From a virus (taxonomy: Duplodnaviria; Caudoviricetes), in the IMG/VR virus record IMGVR_UViG_3300032243_001765, positions 1-37,003 of that record: a stretch of 37,003 nucleotides of DNA. One strand, written 5' to 3'. The notes beneath the pieces are model-generated. The model made no database searches. It was not told the DNA's origin and saw only the letters and a list, made by a program, of their open reading frames with translations. Below are positions 19,313 through 26,949 of the stretch, one piece after another. A program made the translations under genes and the position numbers. Position 1 is the stretch's first letter. The number at the start of each line of letters is the position of its first letter.

Positions 19313-19684
19313 TCAGAAAGCTACAGGTTCTGTTTCAGCATTCTTGGATGTTCTTTTGGTCTTTATAATTTGACCAAAATTATTTACCCTAACCTTTAGT
19401 GTGCTATGCTTAACGCCATCCTTTTCCCAACTGTCGTTCCTTAGAGATCCTTCTACCATTACTAGATCGCCCTTCTTGAATGATGAAGAAATGGCTTCTG
19501 CTCCACTATCCCAAGCCTCACACTGAATGAAAGATGTAATCTTGTCCTGAGATCCATTTGCCTTAGTAAACTCTCTAGAAACAGCAACAGTAAAATTAAC
19601 AACAGATGTTTGCTTATCTCCAGTGTTTACAACTCTTAGTTCTGGATCTCTAGCTAGATTACCCCTCAACATAACAATATTCAT
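19313..19684 (-). CDS. ssb: Single-stranded DNA-binding protein
   Basis: MNIVMLRGNLARDPELR, F.VAV, FIQCEAW, KGDLV.VEGSL...SWE. AAGGAG RBS. Confidence 0.95.
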   Translation of the reverse strand: MNIVMLRGNLARDPELRVVNTGDKQTSVVNFTVAVSREFTKANGSQDKITSFIQCEAWDSGAEAISSSFKKGDLVMVEGSLRNDSWEKDGVKHSTLKVRVNNFGQIIKTKRTSKNAETEPVAF

Positions 19685-19727
19685 AAATCATCTCCTTAAA
19701 GTTAAGTACCAAATCCAAACATACCAT

Positions 19728-19755
19728 ATTGTAAGGGGTGGGCGTTGACTGTCAA
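19728..19755 (-). promoter_or_regulatory. Sigma70-type promoter for ssb
   Basis: On the minus strand: TTGACA (19755-19750), 16-nt spacer, TACAAT (19733-19728). Upstream of the AAGGAG RBS at 19697-19692. Confidence 0.7.
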
Positions 19756-21368
19756 GTTCTGGCTATGTAAGCTTTTTCAACAATCAAGCCATCTCCAGTT
19801 TTGGACCTCGACCCCTTCACAATAATAACATTACCAAGAAACAATATATTCTTGTATTCTTTGTATTGTTCGGGAAAAAATACTACAGAATCTATGGATC
19901 CTGAAGTATCTAATAATGTAACAAAAGCCATTTCGGCGCCAGGATTTTTACCATTCTTGGTTTTGACAATATTTATATTATCAATTTCTCCTCCAATAAT
20001 AATATTATTAGTCATTAGGGTGGTTTTAAATTCTTTACATGATGTATTTGTCATGCTAATATCATACATATCAATTTTAGAACAAGTGATAGCATAGCCC
20101 AATAGAGCATCTTCCGAGTCGGCTAGCCATTCTGGACTATCCTCTAAAGAATACGGCGGACTATTTATAGAATCTATAAGATTTTGTATCAGTTGTTTTC
20201 TTTTAATATTAACTCTGGGCGTAGTTAATAAAAACCTTAAAGCGTCTACAAGACTAGAAAACTGATCAAGATTTTTGGTTATATTCTCTATTTCTTTTTT
20301 TGTTAGAGATGAAACTAAACCATATTCAAACAACATTGCATTTCTTGTTAATTTAATAAAGCTTGTGGCCCCACTTTGTATTAATGCTTTTGCAGCTGTT
20401 GAGTTAATATTAATTAGTACTAGAAATAATAATTGCAACCAATTAAGACTTTTAAAGTCTATGGTTTGACTCATTGTTATGAGCCTATCAAAAACTGACC
20501 CTCCAACCCCCTTAATATCTGTTAAACCAAAATATATGCGGTCATCTTTAATTAAGAATAACTGATTAAGATTACGAATATCTGGAGTATAAACGGTCAC
20601 ATCCATTTCATTCGCATTTTGTATCAGCTCTTTAATTTCTGCTTGAGGATCGATTTTATCTTTAGCAAATCTTAAATAGGATGCAAAAAAAACTTTAGGA
20701 AAATGAGCTTTAGCATAGGCGGAGAGGTATGCGTTCATAGCATAACTTACACTATGGGATTTATTGAATGAATATCTTTGAGATTTTTCAATCCATCCGA
20801 AAATTTGCTCCGCTTCATCTTCGCTTACTTTACCAATAGTTTTTGCTCCTGATAAGAATTTATTTTTAACTTTAGCCATTTCTTCTGGTTTCTTTTTGCC
20901 AATAGCTTTTCTTAACATATCTGCTTCTTGCAAATTGAAACCCGCAATAACCTTGGCTATTTCCATTGCCTGTTCTTGATAAATCATTTCGCCGTAGGTG
21001 GTTTTAAGCATAGGTTCTAGGGCGGGATGGAAATAATCCACTGATTCTTGTAGATTTTTCTTATCAATATAGTGGTTGGTAACCGTTTTGCCATCTCTAA
21101 CAGCCTCTAGGGTTCCCGGTCTAAGGATAGCAATTAGTGCTGATAGCTGTTCTATATTTTCGGGTTTTAGTTTTTTAGCTATAGATCTACCCAAACGAGA
21201 TTCAAGCTGAAAACACCCTTTAGTATTTCCATCAGAAATTAAATCCCATGTGCTTTGACATTCTAAATTAATATTAGCAATATCATAATCAAAAATAATA
21301 CTATTGTAAGTCTCATTCTCAATTATATTGAAAGAACATCCGCAATTATATTGTAGCTTTTTAGACAT
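19752..21368 (-). CDS. dnaE: DNA polymerase III alpha, C-terminal piece (fingers, HhH, OB-fold)
   Basis: GCFQLES, LIAILRPG, TYGEMIYQEQAM, ADMLRKAIGKK, YSFNKSHSVSYA, FGLTDIKGVG and MAFVTLLD..GSI..VVF motifs. Confidence 0.93.
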   Translation of the reverse strand: MSKKLQYNCGCSFNIIENETYNSIIFDYDIANINLECQSTWDLISDGNTKGCFQLESRLGRSIAKKLKPENIEQLSALIAILRPGTLEAVRDGKTVTNHYIDKKNLQESVDYFHPALEPMLKTTYGEMIYQEQAMEIAKVIAGFNLQEADMLRKAIGKKKPEEMAKVKNKFLSGAKTIGKVSEDEAEQIFGWIEKSQRYSFNKSHSVSYAMNAYLSAYAKAHFPKVFFASYLRFAKDKIDPQAEIKELIQNANEMDVTVYTPDIRNLNQLFLIKDDRIYFGLTDIKGVGGSVFDRLITMSQTIDFKSLNWLQLLFLVLININSTAAKALIQSGATSFIKLTRNAMLFEYGLVSSLTKKEIENITKNLDQFSSLVDALRFLLTTPRVNIKRKQLIQNLIDSINSPPYSLEDSPEWLADSEDALLGYAITCSKIDMYDISMTNTSCKEFKTTLMTNNIIIGGEIDNINIVKTKNGKNPGAEMAFVTLLDTSGSIDSVVFFPEQYKEYKNILFLGNVIIVKGSRSKTGDGLIVEKAYIART

Positions 21369-22059
21369 TGTTTTCTATAAAAGAGTTTTTGAACTTAATT
21401 TTCTGACCCAAATTCCTATGCAATCTCATAAATCTGATAAGAATACTGGCAGTATCCTTAACATCCTTTAGTGCATCATGAGCGCCTTCTTTAGATATGC
21501 CAAAATAATCTCTGATAGTATCAAGAGTAAAGCTCTTAATATCATTATTATGTTCAAACCAATAAAACATTAAATTCATAGCATCAACAACATCTCTAGG
21601 GAAAAATAAGCTTGTTTTATTTTCTTTATTAGTATTCCCATACTTAACACTCAGCCGATCTACAATAGGCAAATCAAACCGATAAATATTATATCCAGCC
21701 GCAATAGGAGCACTAAACTGGCTCTTTTTTGATGTTCTAGTATGATACTTATCTAAATAATTAACAAAAAGATTCCAAGAATGTTCTTGTTTGGGGTACT
21801 GCTGCCAAGCAGATAGAATCTCTTCTTCTTTACAGCCACGAACTTTTGCATGAAAACTTAGAATATCTGTTTCATATTTGTAGTCATTTTGTTTTTCCAA
21901 AACTTCAGGCTTAAAATTAATGTTAAATTCAGACCCCTCAATAATTTCTAAATGGATGGGATCCACCATAACTGCGGCAATCTGTACTGGACTACAGACC
22001 CTTGGATCAGATCCATCAGTCTCAAAATCAAAAACACAAATTTTATTATAGTTGATCAT
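21361..22059 (-). CDS. DEDDh 3'-5' exonuclease (DnaQ/epsilon-like)
   Basis: ExoI VFDFETDG, ExoII AGYNIYRFD, ExoIII HDALKD. Confidence 0.9.
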   Translation of the reverse strand: MINYNKICVFDFETDGSDPRVCSPVQIAAVMVDPIHLEIIEGSEFNINFKPEVLEKQNDYKYETDILSFHAKVRGCKEEEILSAWQQYPKQEHSWNLFVNYLDKYHTRTSKKSQFSAPIAAGYNIYRFDLPIVDRLSVKYGNTNKENKTSLFFPRDVVDAMNLMFYWFEHNNDIKSFTLDTIRDYFGISKEGAHDALKDVKDTASILIRFMRLHRNLGQKIKFKNSFIENNV

Positions 22060-22231
22060 TCACTGATACTTCTGTAAGAGGCTGAATAAATGTTTTATTG
22101 TTATCATTAGCTGTTTCAGCAGCATTAATAGATCTACAACAGCTCACTTTTACTGATGGTATCTTTTTGTACTCAGTGCCATTTAGTGTAAAAATTTCAT
22201 CATCTTGCAAGTCTTTAAATTGCTTATTCAT
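22046..22231 (-). CDS. Small hypothetical protein (61 aa)
   Basis: Strong AAGGAG RBS. Fills the gap between the dnaE middle piece and the exonuclease. Confidence 0.7.
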   Translation of the reverse strand: MNKQFKDLQDDEIFTLNGTEYKKIPSVKVSCCRSINAAETANDNNKTFIQPLTEVSVNDQL

Positions 22232-22242
22232 TATTTTACTCC

Positions 22243-23073
22243 TTAAAATCCATTGTTTAATAGTTCAGATATGCACATTACCTTGTCTAGCAGGGCTACT
22301 CCAAGAATATCAAATTTAATAATACCAATAGCCTCTAAATCTTGCATTTCCATACCAGCAATTAATTGGTCATTCTTAGAATCATAAACCATCGGACAAA
22401 TTTCGTTTAAAGGCTGAGAACTAATAGCAATCCCAGCAGCATGCTTTGACTGATTAGATTTAGTGCCCTCTAATCTTATAGCCTGCTCAAACCTTTTTGA
22501 CAACGGTCCCTGTAATTCATTATTTTCATCTATATAACACCACTCTCTAAGCTTATCAGCATTATTTTCTAATGCCCAACGTATAATAGACGCTTCACCT
22601 GTTTCTTCTTTCATTTCTTGCAGTTCGTCTGCAATTTTGGCCTCATCTGGAATATTTTTAGTAATACGATTCATTTCTTCAAAACCAATATTCCCATATA
22701 CTCTTAATACGTCTTTTAATGCACCGCGGCCCTTAATAGTATTAAAAGTGATCATTTGAGACACCTTATCATGACCATATTTATCTTTAATGTATTGAAT
22801 GATCTTTTCTCTTTTATTAATGGGTACGTCTACATCAATATCTGGCATGGAAATATGATCCTTAGTATTCCTACCTGAATTATAAAATCTATCAAAAAAT
22901 AAATTATATTTAATAGGATCAATGCTAGTAATACCAATAAGATATGATACTAAGCAACCGGCAGCACTATTATGCACCCCTATCCCTTCAATATTATAAG
23001 TTTTGGAATTTTCGACAGATAAATCGTGAACATAGCCCTTGTATTGAATATTTTTTTTATTTTTGATTTTCAT
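22243..23073 (-). CDS. dnaE: Split-intein C-fragment (35 aa) fused to the DnaE middle piece (palm/thumb with catalytic aspartates)
   Basis: Likely start is the ATG at 23073 (MKIKNKK...). Intein blocks F/G: VHDLSV...VHN. Then SAAGCLVSYLIGIT, FDRF, PDIDVD, SKHAAG and KFDILG. Confidence 0.92.
   Translation of the reverse strand: MKIKNKKNIQYKGYVHDLSVENSKTYNIEGIGVHNSAAGCLVSYLIGITSIDPIKYNLFFDRFYNSGRNTKDHISMPDIDVDVPINKREKIIQYIKDKYGHDKVSQMITFNTIKGRGALKDVLRVYGNIGFEEMNRITKNIPDEAKIADELQEMKEETGEASIIRWALENNADKLREWCYIDENNELQGPLSKRFEQAIRLEGTKSNQSKHAAGIAISSQPLNEICPMVYDSKNDQLIAGMEMQDLEAIGIIKFDILGVALLDKVMCISELLNNGF
22969..23073 (-). mobile_element. Split intein C-terminal half (IntC, 35 aa)
   Basis: MKIKNKKNIQYKGYVHDLSVENSKTYNIEGIGVHN, followed by Ser+1 at 22968-22966. 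Confidence 0.9.
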
Positions 23074-23851
23074 GATGTATTCTTCTTGCTTTTTTATAAA
23101 ATAATTTAGTTTGATCATCTATATCGTAGTATATACAATAATTCTTTAACTGTTTTTTTGCTTCTTGTATTTTACATATGGTTCTTTCATAGTTTTTTTG
23201 ATACCACATTCCTTTTCCTTTAATCTCTACTATAGTGTCATCGTTAATAATAAAATCTGGATAGTATTTTCTTTTATCTTTATTTTCGTCTAGATATTCT
23301 ATGGGATCAATATCATATCTTTTAATTGGTATATTATTAGACCCACACCATAAAATGAAAGATAATTCCAAGGCACTATGATATGGAATATTTTTATATT
23401 CTCCTTTTAGTCCTCCAGAACCTATCCCGTTAATAAACTTGCTTGGATTGTGTTGTAGGTTTTTTAAGGCGTTATGTTTGAACTGATCATCATTATTCCA
23501 TCTATATTTAAGATATTCTGATGCTTTTGTTTTACGTTCTTTTGACCAAGAATTTGAAACGCCTATTCTGTTTTTTTCTAGTTGTTCAGGTTTATTTTGA
23601 ACAATAAGTTGTGCTTGTCGATTCTTCTCCAGCCATTCTTTATTATCTACGGTCTTAAATCGTAAAAAACAGTTTTGACACAACATCCAATGGTCTTTAG
23701 ATATATTTCTCCTGTTTTGTACAAACTTTTTTACGCTTGAATATTCAAATCTATTTTTACATTTTTGGCATTTCGCTTTAAATGGAATATTGGAGACTCC
23801 CTTAGTCGAATAGTTATGTTTTATTAAATATTCTTGTGTAATATATTTCAT
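23057..23851 (-). CDS. Free-standing putative homing endonuclease: Zn-ribbon plus TnsA-like PD-(D/E)XK nuclease
   Basis: N-terminal CQKC...CQNC. C-terminal YHSALE...IEY...YYPDF......VEIKG. Lies between the two intein halves and has its own AGGA RBS. Confidence 0.78.
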   Translation of the reverse strand: MKYITQEYLIKHNYSTKGVSNIPFKAKCQKCKNRFEYSSVKKFVQNRRNISKDHWMLCQNCFLRFKTVDNKEWLEKNRQAQLIVQNKPEQLEKNRIGVSNSWSKERKTKASEYLKYRWNNDDQFKHNALKNLQHNPSKFINGIGSGGLKGEYKNIPYHSALELSFILWCGSNNIPIKRYDIDPIEYLDENKDKRKYYPDFIINDDTIVEIKGKGMWYQKNYERTICKIQEAKKQLKNYCIYYDIDDQTKLFYKKARRIHHENQK

Positions 23852-23903
23852 TTTAATTCCTATAATCTATATTACACCAAAAAAGTCTTGGTCGAGGTTC
23901 TTT

Positions 23904-25319
23904 TTATTTCACCTCAACAAGATCATCCATTTCTGTTAAATTTTGTGCTTCAACCCAACCTCTATTTTTTGTTAAGAATTTATGGTCTTTAGTACATCTT
24001 ATAATCTTTCCATTTTCTAATTCTAGTTCTAGTATTTCTTCTTCGATCTTATATGTAAAAACATTAGTAATTTTTTGTTTATCTCCATAAGCATCTATAA
24101 CTTCATCTCCAATATTCATATTGGCAATAGGCATTAATTCTCCATTAGGTTTCAAAACCCTAGAATCCGGTAAAAAACAACCTCTCCCCGGCCCCGGCAA
24201 CCACCCATTCTGACCAACATAGTTAACTATATCTTGCACAATTAAAAAGTAACTACTAAGATTAGCACCTTGCAATACATCTAATTCATATTTGATTTGA
24301 TCAACATAAATTTGATGATCTTCTTTGGGGATAATATTAGCAATCTTTTCTTTCCATCCTTTTCGACACAGTTCTCTTAGATATTCTGCGTCATCATATC
24401 CTTTCGGACAATCAAACGGTGGAAGTTTTGGCTTACTTAAAATATCATAGTCTTCAATTAAATTATTAACATAATTAGTATTAGTAATTTCCTCTTCTGT
24501 ATGTAAGTCTTTCATTTCTTCTTGTGAAAGAATATGATAATTATCAGAGGTAAAAAAGCATCCCATAGGAACATCTTCGTCATTACTAATTTTACGACTA
24601 ATATCCGGAAATGTTACTTTAAGATTATTACACAATAGAATACGCTGATCTACAGCATCTTCTTTTCTACAATAATGAGCATCTGGAGTGCAAATGACCT
24701 TGGTATTAGTTTTTTTACCCAAATGTCTAATAGCATCGGTTAATTTTTTTTGTATAGTTAGATTAACAGAGTCCATTAATTGTGCTTCTAAAAAGACATG
24801 AGTAAAAATAGTCTTAAGATATTGAATATGATCTATACCCAACTTTTCCCAATCAGGTTTTAATTCATAACCATCTAAAATTTCATCTGCTAATGTTGAA
24901 CCTAAATGTCCAGTTATGGCAATAAGATTACCATCATTTATCTTTGATAAAGTATTTAGGTCTAGTCTTGGCTTATGATAATAAAATTCTGGATTGTTAG
25001 ATTCTGATACTAACCTAACCAGAGTTTTCCAACCGTCGTAGTTTTTGGCTAAAACAATAAAATGGCTTAAATCTCTATTTTCCTTCTCTTTAATAGAAGG
25101 ATCATTCTTACAAATATATAACTCACAACCCAAAATAGGTTTGAGTCCTGCTGATTTCATTGCAGAATAAAACTTTACAGCCCCAGCAATATTGCCGTGG
25201 TCTGTTAAGGCACACGCATTTGCTCCAATTTCTTTACAACGTTCTGCAATTTGTTCAGCTTTAGAAAGTCCATCTAATAAACTAAACATACTATGGCAAT
25301 GAAGGGGAATATAGTTCAT
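23904..25319 (-). CDS. dnaE: DNA polymerase III alpha, N-terminal piece (PHP domain, start of palm) fused to split-intein IntN
   Basis: LHCHSMFSLLDG, ALTDHGN, PILGCE, LAKN..G, DAHY and YFLIVQD...GPGRG, then the intein Cys1. Confidence 0.94.
   Translation of the reverse strand: MNYIPLHCHSMFSLLDGLSKAEQIAERCKEIGANACALTDHGNIAGAVKFYSAMKSAGLKPILGCELYICKNDPSIKEKENRDLSHFIVLAKNYDGWKTLVRLVSESNNPEFYYHKPRLDLNTLSKINDGNLIAITGHLGSTLADEILDGYELKPDWEKLGIDHIQYLKTIFTHVFLEAQLMDSVNLTIQKKLTDAIRHLGKKTNTKVICTPDAHYCRKEDAVDQRILLCNNLKVTFPDISRKISNDEDVPMGCFFTSDNYHILSQEEMKDLHTEEEITNTNYVNNLIEDYDILSKPKLPPFDCPKGYDDAEYLRELCRKGWKEKIANIIPKEDHQIYVDQIKYELDVLQGANLSSYFLIVQDIVNYVGQNGWLPGPGRGCFLPDSRVLKPNGELMPIANMNIGDEVIDAYGDKQKITNVFTYKIEEEILELELENGKIIRCTKDHKFLTKNRGWVEAQNLTEMDDLVEVK
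23907..24179 (-). mobile_element. Split intein N-terminal half (IntN, 91 aa)
   Basis: Begins at Cys1 (CFLPDSRV, block A), contains IGDEV and block B CTKDHKF, and ends at a stop codon after GWVEAQNL..DDLVEVK. Confidence 0.92.
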
Positions 25320-26359
25320 TCGGCTGTTCCGGGTGCTTTGTACTTTCCAACAGTATAACCAGGAACAGTGTATTGGTCAACCACATTATTTATACCTTTC
25401 AACTCAAGCTCATGCTTAATCTGTTCACACTTGGTCATTGGCTGGTCAACCGAACATAACTGATTATCTCTATATTCGATAATGGGTAGCACATGAGAAT
25501 TGGAAAAAGTGGTTTTACCAAAATGACATAATTTAGTACATTTCCAAGATTTATTTAATTGAGGCACTGTAGTATTCTTGATAAGTTCAAATTTTTCTCT
25601 AATCATATTTTCTGTTTTGGGTAAATCACTTTTATCATAACATATGGTAAAAGCCCCACCATCATTAATAAAGTTAATACTAACCATGATATGATCTATA
25701 TGAGGATAAAGCTTACTAACTGCATAATGATACATTCTAAGCTGATGATCATTTTGTAGTTTAGCTTGTGTTTTTTCTTCGCCTGTTGCCCAGTCTAATC
25801 TTTTACCGGTTTTCCAGTCGATAATTTCTATTGTATTTTCATTAATCTTGGTAATTAGATCAATAGTTCCTTTTATGGCCAAAAAACCCTCAATAGTTTC
25901 TTTAGGCGTGACATATTTATATTCGGCCCATGGTTTTTCTATAACAATATCAAAGTGTTGCTCTGGCTGTAAGATATTTCTATTCCTAGGGTCAAAGTCT
26001 CCATTGTGGGCTGTGAGAGCCTTGTTGACCCAGCTATGGCAGTCTTTATAATCTTTCAGTTCCCACTCATGGTGTTTAAACTGGGCCGTGTAATACTTAT
26101 AGACCCTCTCAATAATAGTATTTAAATTATATTTATCAATATTAATATCGCCTAATATATCGTCATTATAGTTAGGCTCACTATTCTGAGAACATAGTTT
26201 TATATGGGCTAATATTTCTAAAACTTTATGACAAATAGTTCCTTTATCCGCTTTTTTATTAGAAGGACTTTTTATGCCTAAATTATATTCAATAAAATAT
26301 TGTTGGGCACACATAGAATGGGTCCCATAACTAGAACTTCTTAAGTATGTAATTATAAT
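25316..26359 (-). CDS. RecB/Cas4-like PD-(D/E)XK exonuclease; probable start upstream of the called ATG at 26314
   Basis: GT..H, E..F, GTIDL, IIDWKTG and QL..Y motifs. Cys near the N-terminus and CTKLC near the C-terminus. The frame is open upstream (IIITYLRSSSYGTHSMC). Confidence 0.82.
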   Translation of the reverse strand: MIITYLRSSSYGTHSMCAQQYFIEYNLGIKSPSNKKADKGTICHKVLEILAHIKLCSQNSEPNYNDDILGDINIDKYNLNTIIERVYKYYTAQFKHHEWELKDYKDCHSWVNKALTAHNGDFDPRNRNILQPEQHFDIVIEKPWAEYKYVTPKETIEGFLAIKGTIDLITKINENTIEIIDWKTGKRLDWATGEEKTQAKLQNDHQLRMYHYAVSKLYPHIDHIMVSINFINDGGAFTICYDKSDLPKTENMIREKFELIKNTTVPQLNKSWKCTKLCHFGKTTFSNSHVLPIIEYRDNQLCSVDQPMTKCEQIKHELELKGINNVVDQYTVPGYTVGKYKAPGTAE

Positions 26360-26949
26360 TGTAGTATTCCTTTGTTAGATAGAAAGCGTAAAATTTCTTT
26401 ATTTTTTTCTTCAATACTCATTGAACTATTCATTATGAGAAAATCAAACTTTCTCCAATCATAAGTCTCTCTGTCTAATGCAGTTTCTGCGTGAGCATTT
26501 GAATGAAAAGGATCTAGATCTAATCTGATAACATAGCCACCACATTGCTTAATAAATTCCACCTCATTAGGAAATCTACAGTCTGGAATAATAGCTAAAT
26601 CAATATTATCTCTTTTAATCTTGTTTAGAGCAGCATCAACCCATACATTATCCTTAAGCTTGCGGAAAATTGATGTGCCGATAATCTCCATAGCTTCTCT
26701 AGCTGTTAATAATTTATTATCCCAAGTCAAGTTGGTTAAAGTATTCTTATCATCATCTGTACCATAACATTGATCATAAGTTAATCCAAGAATATTCATG
26801 CATATATCTTGTTTAAGAGCATCCGCAAAATTATATATCTTACAAGTTATTGATGGATATGAACCACAGCTAATAATTGACTGTATATATTCAGCAGATG
26901 TGCTTTTGCCTGATTGTTTCCTGCCAGAAAAAGCTATAATTTTTGTCAT
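26353..26949 (-). CDS. Deoxynucleoside monophosphate kinase
   Basis: P-loop GRKQSGKST, FADALK, R..M...GT...R and DCRFPNE. Confidence 0.88.
   Translation of the reverse strand: MTKIIAFSGRKQSGKSTSAEYIQSIISCGSYPSITCKIYNFADALKQDICMNILGLTYDQCYGTDDDKNTLTNLTWDNKLLTAREAMEIIGTSIFRKLKDNVWVDAALNKIKRDNIDLAIIPDCRFPNEVEFIKQCGGYVIRLDLDPFHSNAHAETALDRETYDWRKFDFLIMNSSMSIEEKNKEILRFLSNKGILQL

Noticed and set aside
20750-20780. YSFNKSH, the position of the cyanobacterial split DnaE intein
   Set aside because: The sequence is continuous here with no intein motifs. The site is empty.
21369-22242. Possible intron or second intein joining the DnaE middle and C-terminal pieces
   Set aside because: No Cys/Ser-start or His-Asn intein ends. 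The gap is filled by two coupled ORFs and leaves no room for a ribozyme core.
22243-25319. Reading the dnaE fragments as a pseudogene
   Set aside because: The breaks coincide with intact intein halves, catalytic motifs are preserved, and each piece has a plausible start.
25316-26359. Cas4-like nuclease as evidence of a CRISPR-Cas system
   Set aside because: No repeat-spacer array or other cas genes in the window. Solo Cas4/RecB-like nucleases are common in phage replication modules.
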